In this document: one piece after another, positions 14,855 through 22,918 of the stretch | Position numbering within the stretch: the first letter of the stretch is position 1 | Layout of the letters: the number at the start of each line of letters is the position of its first letter | Source: Candidatus Electronema halotolerans | GTDB taxonomy: Bacteria > Desulfobacterota > Desulfobulbia > Desulfobulbales > Desulfobulbaceae | Direction of reading: 5' to 3' | NCBI GenBank assembly: GCA_942493095.1 | Contig: OW818675.1 | Location: forward strand, 2,550,001 to 2,582,000 | DNA: 32,000 nucleotides | The notes under the pieces: model-generated | Seen by the model: only the letters and a program-made list of their open reading frames with translations | What the model was told of the DNA's origin: nothing | The model's database searches: none | Translations under genes and position numbers: made by a program

Positions 14855-17800
14855 TTACTTCGCACACCATTCATACGCATTCTGGAACATCCTCAGCCAC
14901 GGCGAGACCTCCAGCCCGTGCATCTCTCTCGGCAGCCAATGGCACTGCCAGGGCAGGAAGGCCCGCTCCGGGTGCGGCATCAGGGCGAGATGGCGGCCAT
15001 CGGGCGAGCACAGCCCGGCAAAGCCGTCCGGCGAGCCGTTGGGATTGAAGGGATACTGCTCGGTTGCCGCGCCGCTGTCGTCGGCATAGACCAAGGGCAC
15101 CAGCCGCTGCCCGATCACCTCAGCCCGCACTGCCGTGTCTGGGAAATGCAGCAAGCCCTCGCCGTGGGCCACGTGAATGCCGAAGACGAGGCCGCTCATG
15201 CCGCGCAGCATCATGGCCGGGCTGTCGGTCACGCGCACGGTCGTCCAGCGGGACTCAAAGCGGCCCGATGTGTTGTGGATGAAGCGCGGCTGTGCCTCTG
15301 CCTGCAAGCCCTGCCAAGGCACCCAGCCGAGCAGGCCGAAGAGCTGGCAGCCGTTGCAGATGCCGAGGGTGAAGGTGTCGGGCCGCTGGAAGAAGGCATC
15401 AAACATGGCCCGCAGCCGCTCGTTGAAGAGGATGGTTGCGGCCCAGCCTTTGGCCGACTCCGGCACGTCGGCGTAGGAGAAGCCCCCGACTGCCGCAAGT
15501 CCCCGGAAGCCGTCCAATGTCACCCGCCCGGCGAGCAGGTCGGTCATGGTGATGTCCCACGGCTCAAAGCCCGCAGCGTAGAAGGCGGAACTCATCTCGC
15601 GGTCAGAGTTGGAACCCTCATCGCGGAGAATGGCGACCTTTGGCTTGCTCGTCGCAGTCAGTACGACCTTGGGCGAAGGCTGGGGCGTAAAAGGCAGATG
15701 GTACGCTGGAGCGGTGCGGTCGAAGATGCTCTGCCGCTCCGCCTCGGCACAGGCCGGATTCACTTGCAGGCGTTCAAGCTGATAGCTGGTCTTCTCCCAC
15801 TCCTGCCGCAGGACGCGCATGTCCTCATCCAGCACCCGCTCACCGTTGTGCCGGATGCGGACTTGCTTCTCGGCCAGCGTAGTTCCCAGCAGCGCGCAAG
15901 GCACCTCAGCCACGGCCAGTAGCTGCCTGATATGCTCAAGCTGCTCCTGCCTGCATTCCAGCACCAAGCCTAGCTCTTCAGCGAACAGGGCCGGTATCGC
16001 TCCGGCGGCTTCGTCCTCCAAAGCAAGCTCCAAGCCGCAGTTGCCTGCAAAGGCCATCTCCAGCACGGTGGTGATCAGGCCGCCGTCCGAACGGTCATGC
16101 CCGGACAAGATCAGGTTGTGGTCGATCAGCTCCTGCACCGCCGCGAATGCTTGGCGGAGCAGCACCGAGTCGTCCATGTCCGGGCTTGCATCGCCGAGGC
16201 TGCCAAGGGTCTGGGCCAAGGCCGAGCCGCCCAGTCGCGCTTTGCCCGGAGCGAGATCAAGCAGGAGCAGAGCCGAACTTGGCTCCTTGATATCCGGCGT
16301 GACCACCTTGCGAATGTCGCTCATGGCCGCATAAGCGGAAATGACCAGCTCGCGGGGTGACTTCACTGTCTCGCTGCCGACCTTGGTCGCCATGGAGAGC
16401 GAATCCTTGCCGCCGTCAACCGCCATGCCGGTGGCGATCATCGCATCGCGCATGGCCCGCGCCGCATCGTTCAGGGCCGCACCTTCACCCGCCAGCTTAG
16501 GTGCCCACATCCAGTTTGCCGAGCACTTGACCTGCTCCGGGTCGTCAATCTTAGCCCAGACAAGATTTGTCCATGCCTCGCCGACAGCCATGCGCGCCCC
16601 TGCTGCCGGGTCAAGCAACATCTTGATCGGCTGCTCGCCAATGGCCGTGGCAATGCCGGTCAGACCACAATGCGACTGGGCGACCACGGCCACATCGCCC
16701 ACGGTGAGCTGGAGCGGGCCGCAGCACTGCTGCTGGGCAATCAGGCCGGTGACAGAGCGGTCAACCTTGTTGGTGAGGAAGCGTTTCGAGCCGACCGAGA
16801 CAAGGCGGAGGACGTTGCGGAGGGCATCGCGCACGGATGATGGAGAATGTAGGGGCGAAAAATTTTTCGCCCCTACGGACATGCGGTTATCCGTGAACGT
16901 CTTCTGCGGGATATGCCCCAGCACCTCCTTCAGCTCCACATCCACCGGGGTGCTGTTGTCCTGCTCGTCCGAGACCACAAAGCGCAGGTCGCCGGTGACT
17001 TCGCCCAGCACCTCGCAGGCCACCTTCTCGCGCTCGCATAAGGCGAGGAATTGCGCGATGTTCTCCGGCCTGATCAGCAGGCCGTTGCGCTCCTGATACT
17101 CAGCCACGTAGATTTCCAGCACCGACATGGTGGGGTCGCCGACGCGTATCTTGCGGATTTCGATGCGCCCGCCAGAGTGCTCGACCAGCTCCTTGAGTAC
17201 ATTGGCCGGGCCGCCCGCGCCCTGATCGTGGATGACCTCGATCAGCGTCCTGCCGCCCATCTCATTGCAGGCCCGGATGACCCGGTTCATCTTCTGCTCC
17301 ATCTCCGCGTCGCCGCGCTGCACCGCGTTGAAGTCCAGCTCCGCCGCGTTCTCGCCCTGAAGCATGGACGAGGCCGCACCGCCGCCAAAGCCGACCCGGT
17401 AGGCTGGTCCGCCCACCTGCACGATCAGCATCCCCTGCGCCGCCTGCTCCTTCTTAATATGACGGTCGTCAATCTGGCCGATGCCGCCGGTGAACATGAT
17501 CGGCTTGAGATAGGCCCAGCGTTCGCCGCCCTCCACGCGCAGGTCAAAGGAACGGGTGAAGCCCTGAATCAGCGGCTCGCCGAACTTGTTGCCATAGTCG
17601 GACGCGCCATTGCTGGCCTCGATCTCAATGGTCAGGGCTGAGGCTAAGTTCGATGGGCAGGGATGGTGCTGCTCCCAAGGCAGTTCATAACCGGGAATGT
17701 GCAGACTGCCGACGCAATAGCCAGCTGTGCCTGCCATGACAAAGCCGCCCTTGCCCGTGCCCTGCACGTCGCGGATGCGGCCACCAGTGCCAGTCTCCGC

Positions 17801-18655
17801 GCCGGGGAATGGAGCCACGCCGGTGGGGAAGTTGTGGGTCTCAGCCGTCAGCAGTGGATGATAGCGGACATCCACCGCCCGCAGCGGCGAGGGCTGGCCG
17901 GGCTGCTCCGGCTGCAAGGTAGTAATATCATGCCCGGCAACCACGCTGGAGTTGTCGCCAAAAGCCACCAGCGAGCCTTTCGGATTGGCCTTGAGCGTGG
18001 CCTGCACCACATCAAAGAGCGTGCCGTCCTGCTCTGCGCCGTCCACCACCTGCCTGCCCCGGAAGAAGCCGTGCCGCGAGTGCTCCGAGTTGGCGTTGTT
18101 GAGGTCCATGATCTCAACAATGGTCGGGTTGCGCTGGTGCTTGCCGACAAAGTAGTCGTAGTAGAACTGGCGGTCGCGCTCGTCCATCGAGATGCCGGGC
18201 AGGTTGAGCAGCGCGTCCGGCCCTTTGCCGAGCAGATCAACCTCATAGACCGGCTCCGGCGTGATGCCGGTCTCAAAGGTGGTCAGCGGATGCGCGTAGT
18301 GGCACTCGGTCATCCGGTCGTGGTGCGCAGCGATGAAGGCGGCCATGTCCTTGTCCTCCGGCACGACATAAACGCGGGAACGCTCGGCGCGGGTGACGCA
18401 GTCCAAGCCGGTCGCTCGGCAGATCGAGACAAGGTTGGATGACCAAGCAGTGGCGAAGTTCAGGCGCGGCCCGACTTCAACCACACGCTCGCCGGTCAGC
18501 ACCGGTTCAAGGGAGACGGTCTCGGCAATGAAGCCGTCCGCCAGCAGCAGGCGCAGGCGGTGCAGCTCTTCGTCAGTCAGGGCGCGGGTGGATTCTATGT
18601 TGAAGCAATAGGCGCGGGCCGCGTCAAGGCGGCGGTGCAGGCGGGTGATAGGCAT
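14855..18655 (-). CDS. purL: Phosphoribosylformylglycinamidine synthase, large single-chain form (1266 aa).
   Basis: Full-length single-chain PurL architecture. The C-terminal glutaminase domain has the catalytic-Cys context LGICNGCQLF and HGEG. The FGAM synthetase core is typical. Confidence 0.95.
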   Translation of the reverse strand: MPITRLHRRLDAARAYCFNIESTRALTDEELHRLRLLLADGFIAETVSLEPVLTGERVVEVGPRLNFATAWSSNLVSICRATGLDCVTRAERSRVYVVPEDKDMAAFIAAHHDRMTECHYAHPLTTFETGITPEPVYEVDLLGKGPDALLNLPGISMDERDRQFYYDYFVGKHQRNPTIVEIMDLNNANSEHSRHGFFRGRQVVDGAEQDGTLFDVVQATLKANPKGSLVAFGDNSSVVAGHDITTLQPEQPGQPSPLRAVDVRYHPLLTAETHNFPTGVAPFPGAETGTGGRIRDVQGTGKGGFVMAGTAGYCVGSLHIPGYELPWEQHHPCPSNLASALTIEIEASNGASDYGNKFGEPLIQGFTRSFDLRVEGGERWAYLKPIMFTGGIGQIDDRHIKKEQAAQGMLIVQVGGPAYRVGFGGGAASSMLQGENAAELDFNAVQRGDAEMEQKMNRVIRACNEMGGRTLIEVIHDQGAGGPANVLKELVEHSGGRIEIRKIRVGDPTMSVLEIYVAEYQERNGLLIRPENIAQFLALCEREKVACEVLGEVTGDLRFVVSDEQDNSTPVDVELKEVLGHIPQKTFTDNRMSVGAKNFSPLHSPSSVRDALRNVLRLVSVGSKRFLTNKVDRSVTGLIAQQQCCGPLQLTVGDVAVVAQSHCGLTGIATAIGEQPIKMLLDPAAGARMAVGEAWTNLVWAKIDDPEQVKCSANWMWAPKLAGEGAALNDAARAMRDAMIATGMAVDGGKDSLSMATKVGSETVKSPRELVISAYAAMSDIRKVVTPDIKEPSSALLLLDLAPGKARLGGSALAQTLGSLGDASPDMDDSVLLRQAFAAVQELIDHNLILSGHDRSDGGLITTVLEMAFAGNCGLELALEDEAAGAIPALFAEELGLVLECRQEQLEHIRQLLAVAEVPCALLGTTLAEKQVRIRHNGERVLDEDMRVLRQEWEKTSYQLERLQVNPACAEAERQSIFDRTAPAYHLPFTPQPSPKVVLTATSKPKVAILRDEGSNSDREMSSAFYAAGFEPWDITMTDLLAGRVTLDGFRGLAAVGGFSYADVPESAKGWAATILFNERLRAMFDAFFQRPDTFTLGICNGCQLFGLLGWVPWQGLQAEAQPRFIHNTSGRFESRWTTVRVTDSPAMMLRGMSGLVFGIHVAHGEGLLHFPDTAVRAEVIGQRLVPLVYADDSGAATEQYPFNPNGSPDGFAGLCSPDGRHLALMPHPERAFLPWQCHWLPREMHGLEVSPWLRMFQNAYEWCAK
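16849..16876. repeat. Perfect 28-bp palindrome inside the purL coding sequence.
   Basis: GTAGGGGCGAAAAATTTTTCGCCCCTAC equals its own reverse complement. It is translated within purL as ...SVGAKNFSPLHS... and in the opposite-strand frame as ...GEKFFAPT... Confidence 0.95.
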
Positions 18656-18671
18656 GGTGTGGTTCCTGTTT

Positions 18672-18720
18672 TATAAATGAAAGGGCCGTCTGCTCCCCGT
18701 GCATAAGGAACAGACGGCCC
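18672..18720 (-). terminator. Rho-independent-type hairpin on the minus strand, immediately upstream of the purL start.
   Basis: GGGCCGTCTG (18683-18692) pairs with CAGACGGCCC (18711-18720) to give a 10-bp stem. On the minus strand it is followed by TTTCATTTATAAAAC. It lies after the stop (18766) of a 65-aa minus-strand ORF fragment and 28 nt before the purL ATG. Confidence 0.55.
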
Positions 18721-18956
18721 GCATTCTACTCCAGTCGGGCGGAGAATTCTATGGCAAGAGTATGGCTACGCCGTCTCCACCTTGAGCACATCTGCCGGCC
18801 TGCCGCTGTAGCTGCTGCGGATCATCTCCTTCAGGGGGTCGTAATCATTGACCCAAATGTCAAGGCTGCTGACTGCCGAACCGCTGAAGCCCGGCAGGGT
18901 GAAGTCGCCATTCTCAGTGACCGTCACTGCCGCGCCTGCCTGCCCGTCCTCCTGCA

Positions 18957-19293
18957 TGTCCACATTTCATCGGCTTCGATGAATATTTTTCCGTTGCGGG
19001 ACATATTGAAAGCCTATTTTTTGACTTCATTTCGTTTTTTTAACATATTTTTGAAGCCATATTTTTGAGATGAAAACTGCTCTCGCAATCCCAGCTAAGG
19101 ATATTCTTTCAACAAGAAGCTTGTCAACACATGCGCCATTCAGCATCAGATATTGTTTTGTTCTGAGGATTCTCAACGAATTGACGTGAGCAGTCCTTGC
19201 ATGTAAATTTTTTCCCCATTCGCATTGTGATGGATGGTCTGCGCTCCTGATCAAGAGCCGATGGGACAGAAAGCATCCCCTGCCGCCAGGCAT
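18957..19293 (-). pseudogene. Decayed and truncated IS1-family-like transposase remnant (InsA-like HTH plus the start of the DDE part, with frame breaks).
   Basis: ORF 19027..19293 contains ...CVDKLLVERISLAGIARAVFISKIWLQKYVKK. From memory this resembles the HTH region of IS1-family transposases (LLLERISLAGIARVTGVS..WLQ.YV). A second frame starting at the ATG at 19004 reads MSRNGKIFIEADEMWT, similar to the IS1 DE(L/M)W motif, and then breaks off. The surrounding DNA is AT-rich. Confidence 0.4.
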
Positions 19294-19482
19294 ATTATAT
19301 TTTTCAGCAATTTCAATACATTTTCAATCTATCACTCACAATTCACCATCATCCGGCATCCATAAAGTTCATCAACAAAAACTGATCAGCGCAACCTGCC
19401 AAGCCAGTCCCGGCTCTCTTTTCCTGCAAGGAAAATCAGGCCTGAAGACGGAGGGATCGGCACGGCTCTGCTCACGAATTTC

Positions 19483-19512
19483 TTGACATGTCTGCGGAAT
19501 TGCCGGTACGAT
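19483..19512 (+). promoter_or_regulatory. Sigma70-like promoter candidate for the vWA-XpaC-SBP-TelA operon.
   Basis: TTGACA (19483-19488), an 18-nt spacer, then TACGAT (19507-19512). It lies about 50 nt upstream of the ATG at 19566. Confidence 0.35.
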
Positions 19513-19565
19513 GGAGCCAGCAGACTGTCCTGATTCAGCCCTTCATCACCTCCGGGAGAATGCGC

Positions 19566-21185
19566 ATGAAGCTGTTCCGCCTTGCGGCTCTGATCACCTG
19601 CCTTGCGGCCCTTGCTCTGTCCAGCTGCGACCAGCCGTCCCAGCAAAACCAGAAAAAAGCTGCTCCGCCTGCGCCAAAGACATCGCTGGCCCTCGTCTCC
19701 GGTTCAGAAAATGCCGCCTTGGAGCCGCTGCTCCAGCAATTTGCCAGACAGCAGAATATTGACCTGTCAGTCACTTACATGGGTTCAGTTGACATCAGCT
19801 TGGAGCTGGCCAAAGGCGCGGCCTCCCAGTTTGACGCAGTCTGGCCCGCCTCCAGCCTCTGGCTTTCCCTTGGCGACAAGCAGGGCGTGGTCAAGAACGC
19901 CAAGTCGATCATGCGTAGCCCGGTGGTCTTTGCAGTGCGCAAGTCCATTGCCGAAAAGCTGGGCTGGGACCAGAAAGATGTCACAGTCATGGATATTCTG
20001 GAGGCTGTGGAGCAGGAGCATCTCCGCTTTGCCATGACTTCCGCCACCCAGTCGAACTCTGGCACCTCAGCCTTTATCGCCTTCCTCACCGCCTTTGCGG
20101 GCGGGCCGGAGGTGCTGACAAGCGAGCATCTTAACGATCCTGCCGCAAGAGACAAGATCAAACGCTTCCTGCGCAGTGTCAACCGCTCCTCTGGCAGCTC
20201 CGGCTGGCTCATGGACATGCTGCGCAAGGATTATTTGTACTATGACGGCATGGTCAACTATGAGTCCATGGTGATTCAGTTCAACCGGCATCTGCCGCCT
20301 GGGCAGGAGCCGCTCTATGCGGTTTATCCGGTAGATGGCATCTCCATTGCCGACAGCCCTTTCGGCTTTATCGCCAAGGGTGATCCGGCCAAGGAGGCGG
20401 CCTTCAGCAAGCTGCAAGAGTATTTGCTCAGTCCAAACATGCAGGAGCGCATTCAGGGGCTGGGCTGCCGCACCGGCCAGATTGGCATGGAAGCGGATAA
20501 AGCCAAAAACGCGGTCTTCAATTCTGACTGGGGCATTAATGTCAGCAGAATCCTTACACCGATTCGGCTGCCTGCCGCGCCCGTGGTGGCTGAAGCTCTC
20601 AATCTCTACCAGACCGCTTTTCGCAAGCCCTCGCTCACCGCCTATGTGCTGGATTATTCCGGCAGCATGGGCGGCAACGGCGTGGAGCAGCTCCGCAAGG
20701 CCATGCGCACCCTGCTGGATCAGCGGATTGCCAAGGAATACATGCTCCAAGCCTCACCGGACGACCTGACTGTTGTTGTGCCCTTTAACAGCGGCGTGAT
20801 TGATGTCTTCCAAGCCCAAGGCAACGAGCCGCAGGCGCTGGGCGATCTGCTGGCCAAAATTGAAGCCTTGGAGCCGGGCGGCGGCACCAACATGTACGTG
20901 GCCGCAGCAGAGGCCATGAAGCGGATCAAGGCGCAGGCCGAGTCTGGCAAGTACCATGCTTCGGTGATTGTCATGAGCGACGGCAAGAGCGAGGGCAGTC
21001 TGGACCAGTTCAAAGCCATGCTGCAAGGCACCGGCTTGGGCAAGGATATTCCGGTCTTCACCATTCTCTTTGGCGAGGCCCAGCCGAAGCAGATGAAGGG
21101 CTTTGCTGAGGCCATGTCAGGCCGGATGTTTGATGGCCGGGTGGATGTGGTGAAGGCGTTCCGGGAAGCCAAAGGCTATAACTGA
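19566..21185 (+). CDS. Lipoprotein with an N-terminal periplasmic substrate-binding-protein-like domain and a C-terminal von Willebrand factor A (vWA) domain.
   Basis: The start at 19566 (MKLFRLAALITCLAALALSSC) has GGGAG 7 nt upstream and a lipobox, LALSS-C. The SBP-like region carries WPAS and SNSG motifs. The vWA MIDAS motif is DYSGS (20652-20666), followed by GGGTNMY and VIVMSDG. Confidence 0.85.
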   Translation: MKLFRLAALITCLAALALSSCDQPSQQNQKKAAPPAPKTSLALVSGSENAALEPLLQQFARQQNIDLSVTYMGSVDISLELAKGAASQFDAVWPASSLWLSLGDKQGVVKNAKSIMRSPVVFAVRKSIAEKLGWDQKDVTVMDILEAVEQEHLRFAMTSATQSNSGTSAFIAFLTAFAGGPEVLTSEHLNDPAARDKIKRFLRSVNRSSGSSGWLMDMLRKDYLYYDGMVNYESMVIQFNRHLPPGQEPLYAVYPVDGISIADSPFGFIAKGDPAKEAAFSKLQEYLLSPNMQERIQGLGCRTGQIGMEADKAKNAVFNSDWGINVSRILTPIRLPAAPVVAEALNLYQTAFRKPSLTAYVLDYSGSMGGNGVEQLRKAMRTLLDQRIAKEYMLQASPDDLTVVVPFNSGVIDVFQAQGNEPQALGDLLAKIEALEPGGGTNMYVAAAEAMKRIKAQAESGKYHASVIVMSDGKSEGSLDQFKAMLQGTGLGKDIPVFTILFGEAQPKQMKGFAEAMSGRMFDGRVDVVKAFREAKGYN

Positions 21186-21769
21186 TGATCAAAGAACTTG
21201 CCTCCGGCATTGGCGCAGCCCTCATCTTCCTTGCCCTGCTCTTCAAAGGACTGTTCTGGTGGCTGAGTCTGCTGATGGCCATTGGCAGCTATGTTGGCAT
21301 CCGCCTGCTCTTCCCGCCGGAGCAGCAGCGGGTCTTGGCGGAACTGCCCGAAGGACTTTCGCGGGATGCCTTTGACGAATTTCTTTCCCAATGCGGGCTG
21401 GCTCTGTCCCTGCTGCGGGATGACGCAGACGCGATCAGCAAGGATTCGTTCAAAAAGACTGTGCTCCATCTCTGTGACTTGGGCGATGAGCTGCTTGTCA
21501 ATTTTGAAAAAGACCCGCAGGACATGCGCATAGCCCAAGCTCTGCCAGACCGCCTCCAGCGGCTGCATGACATCCTCAGCGGTTACAATGACCTTGCCGG
21601 GCAGAGAATTCAGTCGCCTCAGACAGCGCGTGCCTTGGAGGAAACCGAAAAGGCGGTGACGAAGGCGGTGGGCAAATTTGAGCAGATGCACCGCCGCCTG
21701 CTCGAAAACGATGCCATTGACCTGAGCACCAGTGCCAAGACCTTTGACAACCTGCTTGACTTTGACTGA
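21185..21769 (+). CDS. XpaC-like (5-bromo-4-chloroindolyl phosphate hydrolysis family) membrane protein with 2 N-terminal TM helices and a cytoplasmic helical domain.
   Basis: The ATG overlaps the upstream TGA (TGATG, 1-nt overlap). The TM pair is GIGAALIFLALLF and LSLLMAIGSYVGIRLLF, followed by about 140 helical residues. The size (194 aa) and the pairing with a TelA gene match the known XpaC-TelA (xpaC-yaaN type) association. Confidence 0.65.
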   Translation: MIKELASGIGAALIFLALLFKGLFWWLSLLMAIGSYVGIRLLFPPEQQRVLAELPEGLSRDAFDEFLSQCGLALSLLRDDADAISKDSFKKTVLHLCDLGDELLVNFEKDPQDMRIAQALPDRLQRLHDILSGYNDLAGQRIQSPQTARALEETEKAVTKAVGKFEQMHRRLLENDAIDLSTSAKTFDNLLDFD

Positions 21770-21787
21770 ACCCGCAAGGAGATGAAT

Positions 21788-22888
21788 ATGCAGAAATTTT
21801 TAGGACTGATCATCCTGCTGGCCGTGGCCGGAGCTGCGGCTTTTTTCATGCTGGGCAAGGACAAACTCACCTCGCTCACCGGCGGTGGCACTGTTGCCAC
21901 AGCTAATCTCACCCTTGTCACCGGCAAGGCTGGATCAGAAAAGATCAGCTTTCTCCAGTCAGACAAGGTGCGGCGGCTCCTTGCCAAGCAGGGCCTGCGG
22001 GTTGAGGTGCGGAAATCAGGCAGCGTGGAAATGGTGCTGGAGACCACGGCCAGCGGCGAGGACTTTCTCTGGCCGGCCAGTCAGGTCAATGTCGAGTTCT
22101 TCAAGAACAGCGGCAGCAGCTTCCAGCAGTCGGCTGACATTTTCAACTCGCCGATTGTTCTGTATTCATGGGATATTGTCACAGATGCCCTGATCAAGGC
22201 CGGGATAGTCCAGCATCGGGACGGAGTCAACTACATCATTGACCTGCCTAAGCTGCTGACCATGATCATGGCCAAAAAGCAATGGAAGGAAATCAACCTG
22301 CCTCAGCTCTACGGCAGCATGATCATCCGCACCACTGATCCGAGCAAGAGCAATTCCGGCAGCATGTTCGCGGCCCTGATTGCCAACACCTTGAACGGCG
22401 GCGAGGTTGTCGCGGCGGACAGCGTCGGCAGTGTGCTGCCGCACGTCAAAGACTTCTACGCCCGGCTCGGCTATATGGAAGACTCTTCCGCTGTGCTCTT
22501 TGAAAAGTTCCTTCAGCAAGGCGTTGGCGCCTATCCGCTGATTGTTGGCTATGAAAATCAGCTTGTTGAATACTCGCTGACGCACAAGGAGCATCTTGAT
22601 CTGCTCAAAGCCAAAGTGCGCATCCTTTATCCAGTGCCCACGGTCTGGGCCAGCCATCCGCTGATTGCGCTCAACGACAAGGGCAAGAAGCTGCTGGCTG
22701 CGCTCAAGGAACCGGAAATGCAGAGCGTGGCTTGGGAGGAGCACGGCTTTCGCAGCGGCCTGATGGGCGTTGAGAATGATCCTGCTGTGCTGGATGTGAT
22801 CGGCCTGCCCAAGAGCATTGATGCGGTCATGCCCATGCCAAGCGCGGCGGTCATGGAAAAAATCACCAGACAACTCAGCAGCTTCTGA
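21788..22888 (+). CDS. N-terminally membrane-anchored periplasmic SBP-like protein, a paralog of the N-terminal domain of the vWA lipoprotein.
   Basis: AAGGAG (21776-21781) lies 6 nt before the ATG at 21788; the track start at 21782 is too close to the SD. The TM anchor is FLGLIILLAVAGAAAFFML. Blocks shared with 19566..21185 are LWPASQ versus VWPASS, SPIVLYSW versus SPVVFAVR, and TTDPSKSNSGSMFAALI versus MTSATQSNSGTSAFIAFL. Confidence 0.8.
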   Translation: MQKFLGLIILLAVAGAAAFFMLGKDKLTSLTGGGTVATANLTLVTGKAGSEKISFLQSDKVRRLLAKQGLRVEVRKSGSVEMVLETTASGEDFLWPASQVNVEFFKNSGSSFQQSADIFNSPIVLYSWDIVTDALIKAGIVQHRDGVNYIIDLPKLLTMIMAKKQWKEINLPQLYGSMIIRTTDPSKSNSGSMFAALIANTLNGGEVVAADSVGSVLPHVKDFYARLGYMEDSSAVLFEKFLQQGVGAYPLIVGYENQLVEYSLTHKEHLDLLKAKVRILYPVPTVWASHPLIALNDKGKKLLAALKEPEMQSVAWEEHGFRSGLMGVENDPAVLDVIGLPKSIDAVMPMPSAAVMEKITRQLSSF

Positions 22889-22918
22889 GCTGCGCCCCAT
22901 TGACAGGAGGATAGGATA

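Noticed and set aside
13684-15922. Long plus-strand ORFs (454 aa at 13684..15048 and 401 aa at 14717..15922) opposite nnr and purL.
   Set aside because: Their Arg/Pro/Ala/Ser-rich low-complexity translations are typical of antisense frames in GC-rich genes. They are fully overlapped by motif-supported nnr and purL.
18656-18800. A possible purine or ZTP-type riboswitch in the purL leader.
   Set aside because: I could not match the conserved cores of the purine or ZTP (pfl) motifs by eye. The hairpin plus T-run is more simply a terminator of the upstream fragment. A covariance-model scan (Rfam/Infernal) would be needed to settle this.
19386-19646. An 86-aa minus-strand ORF overlapping the start of the vWA lipoprotein gene and its promoter.
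   Set aside because: It overlaps a strongly supported lipoprotein start and promoter, and it has no RBS or motif.
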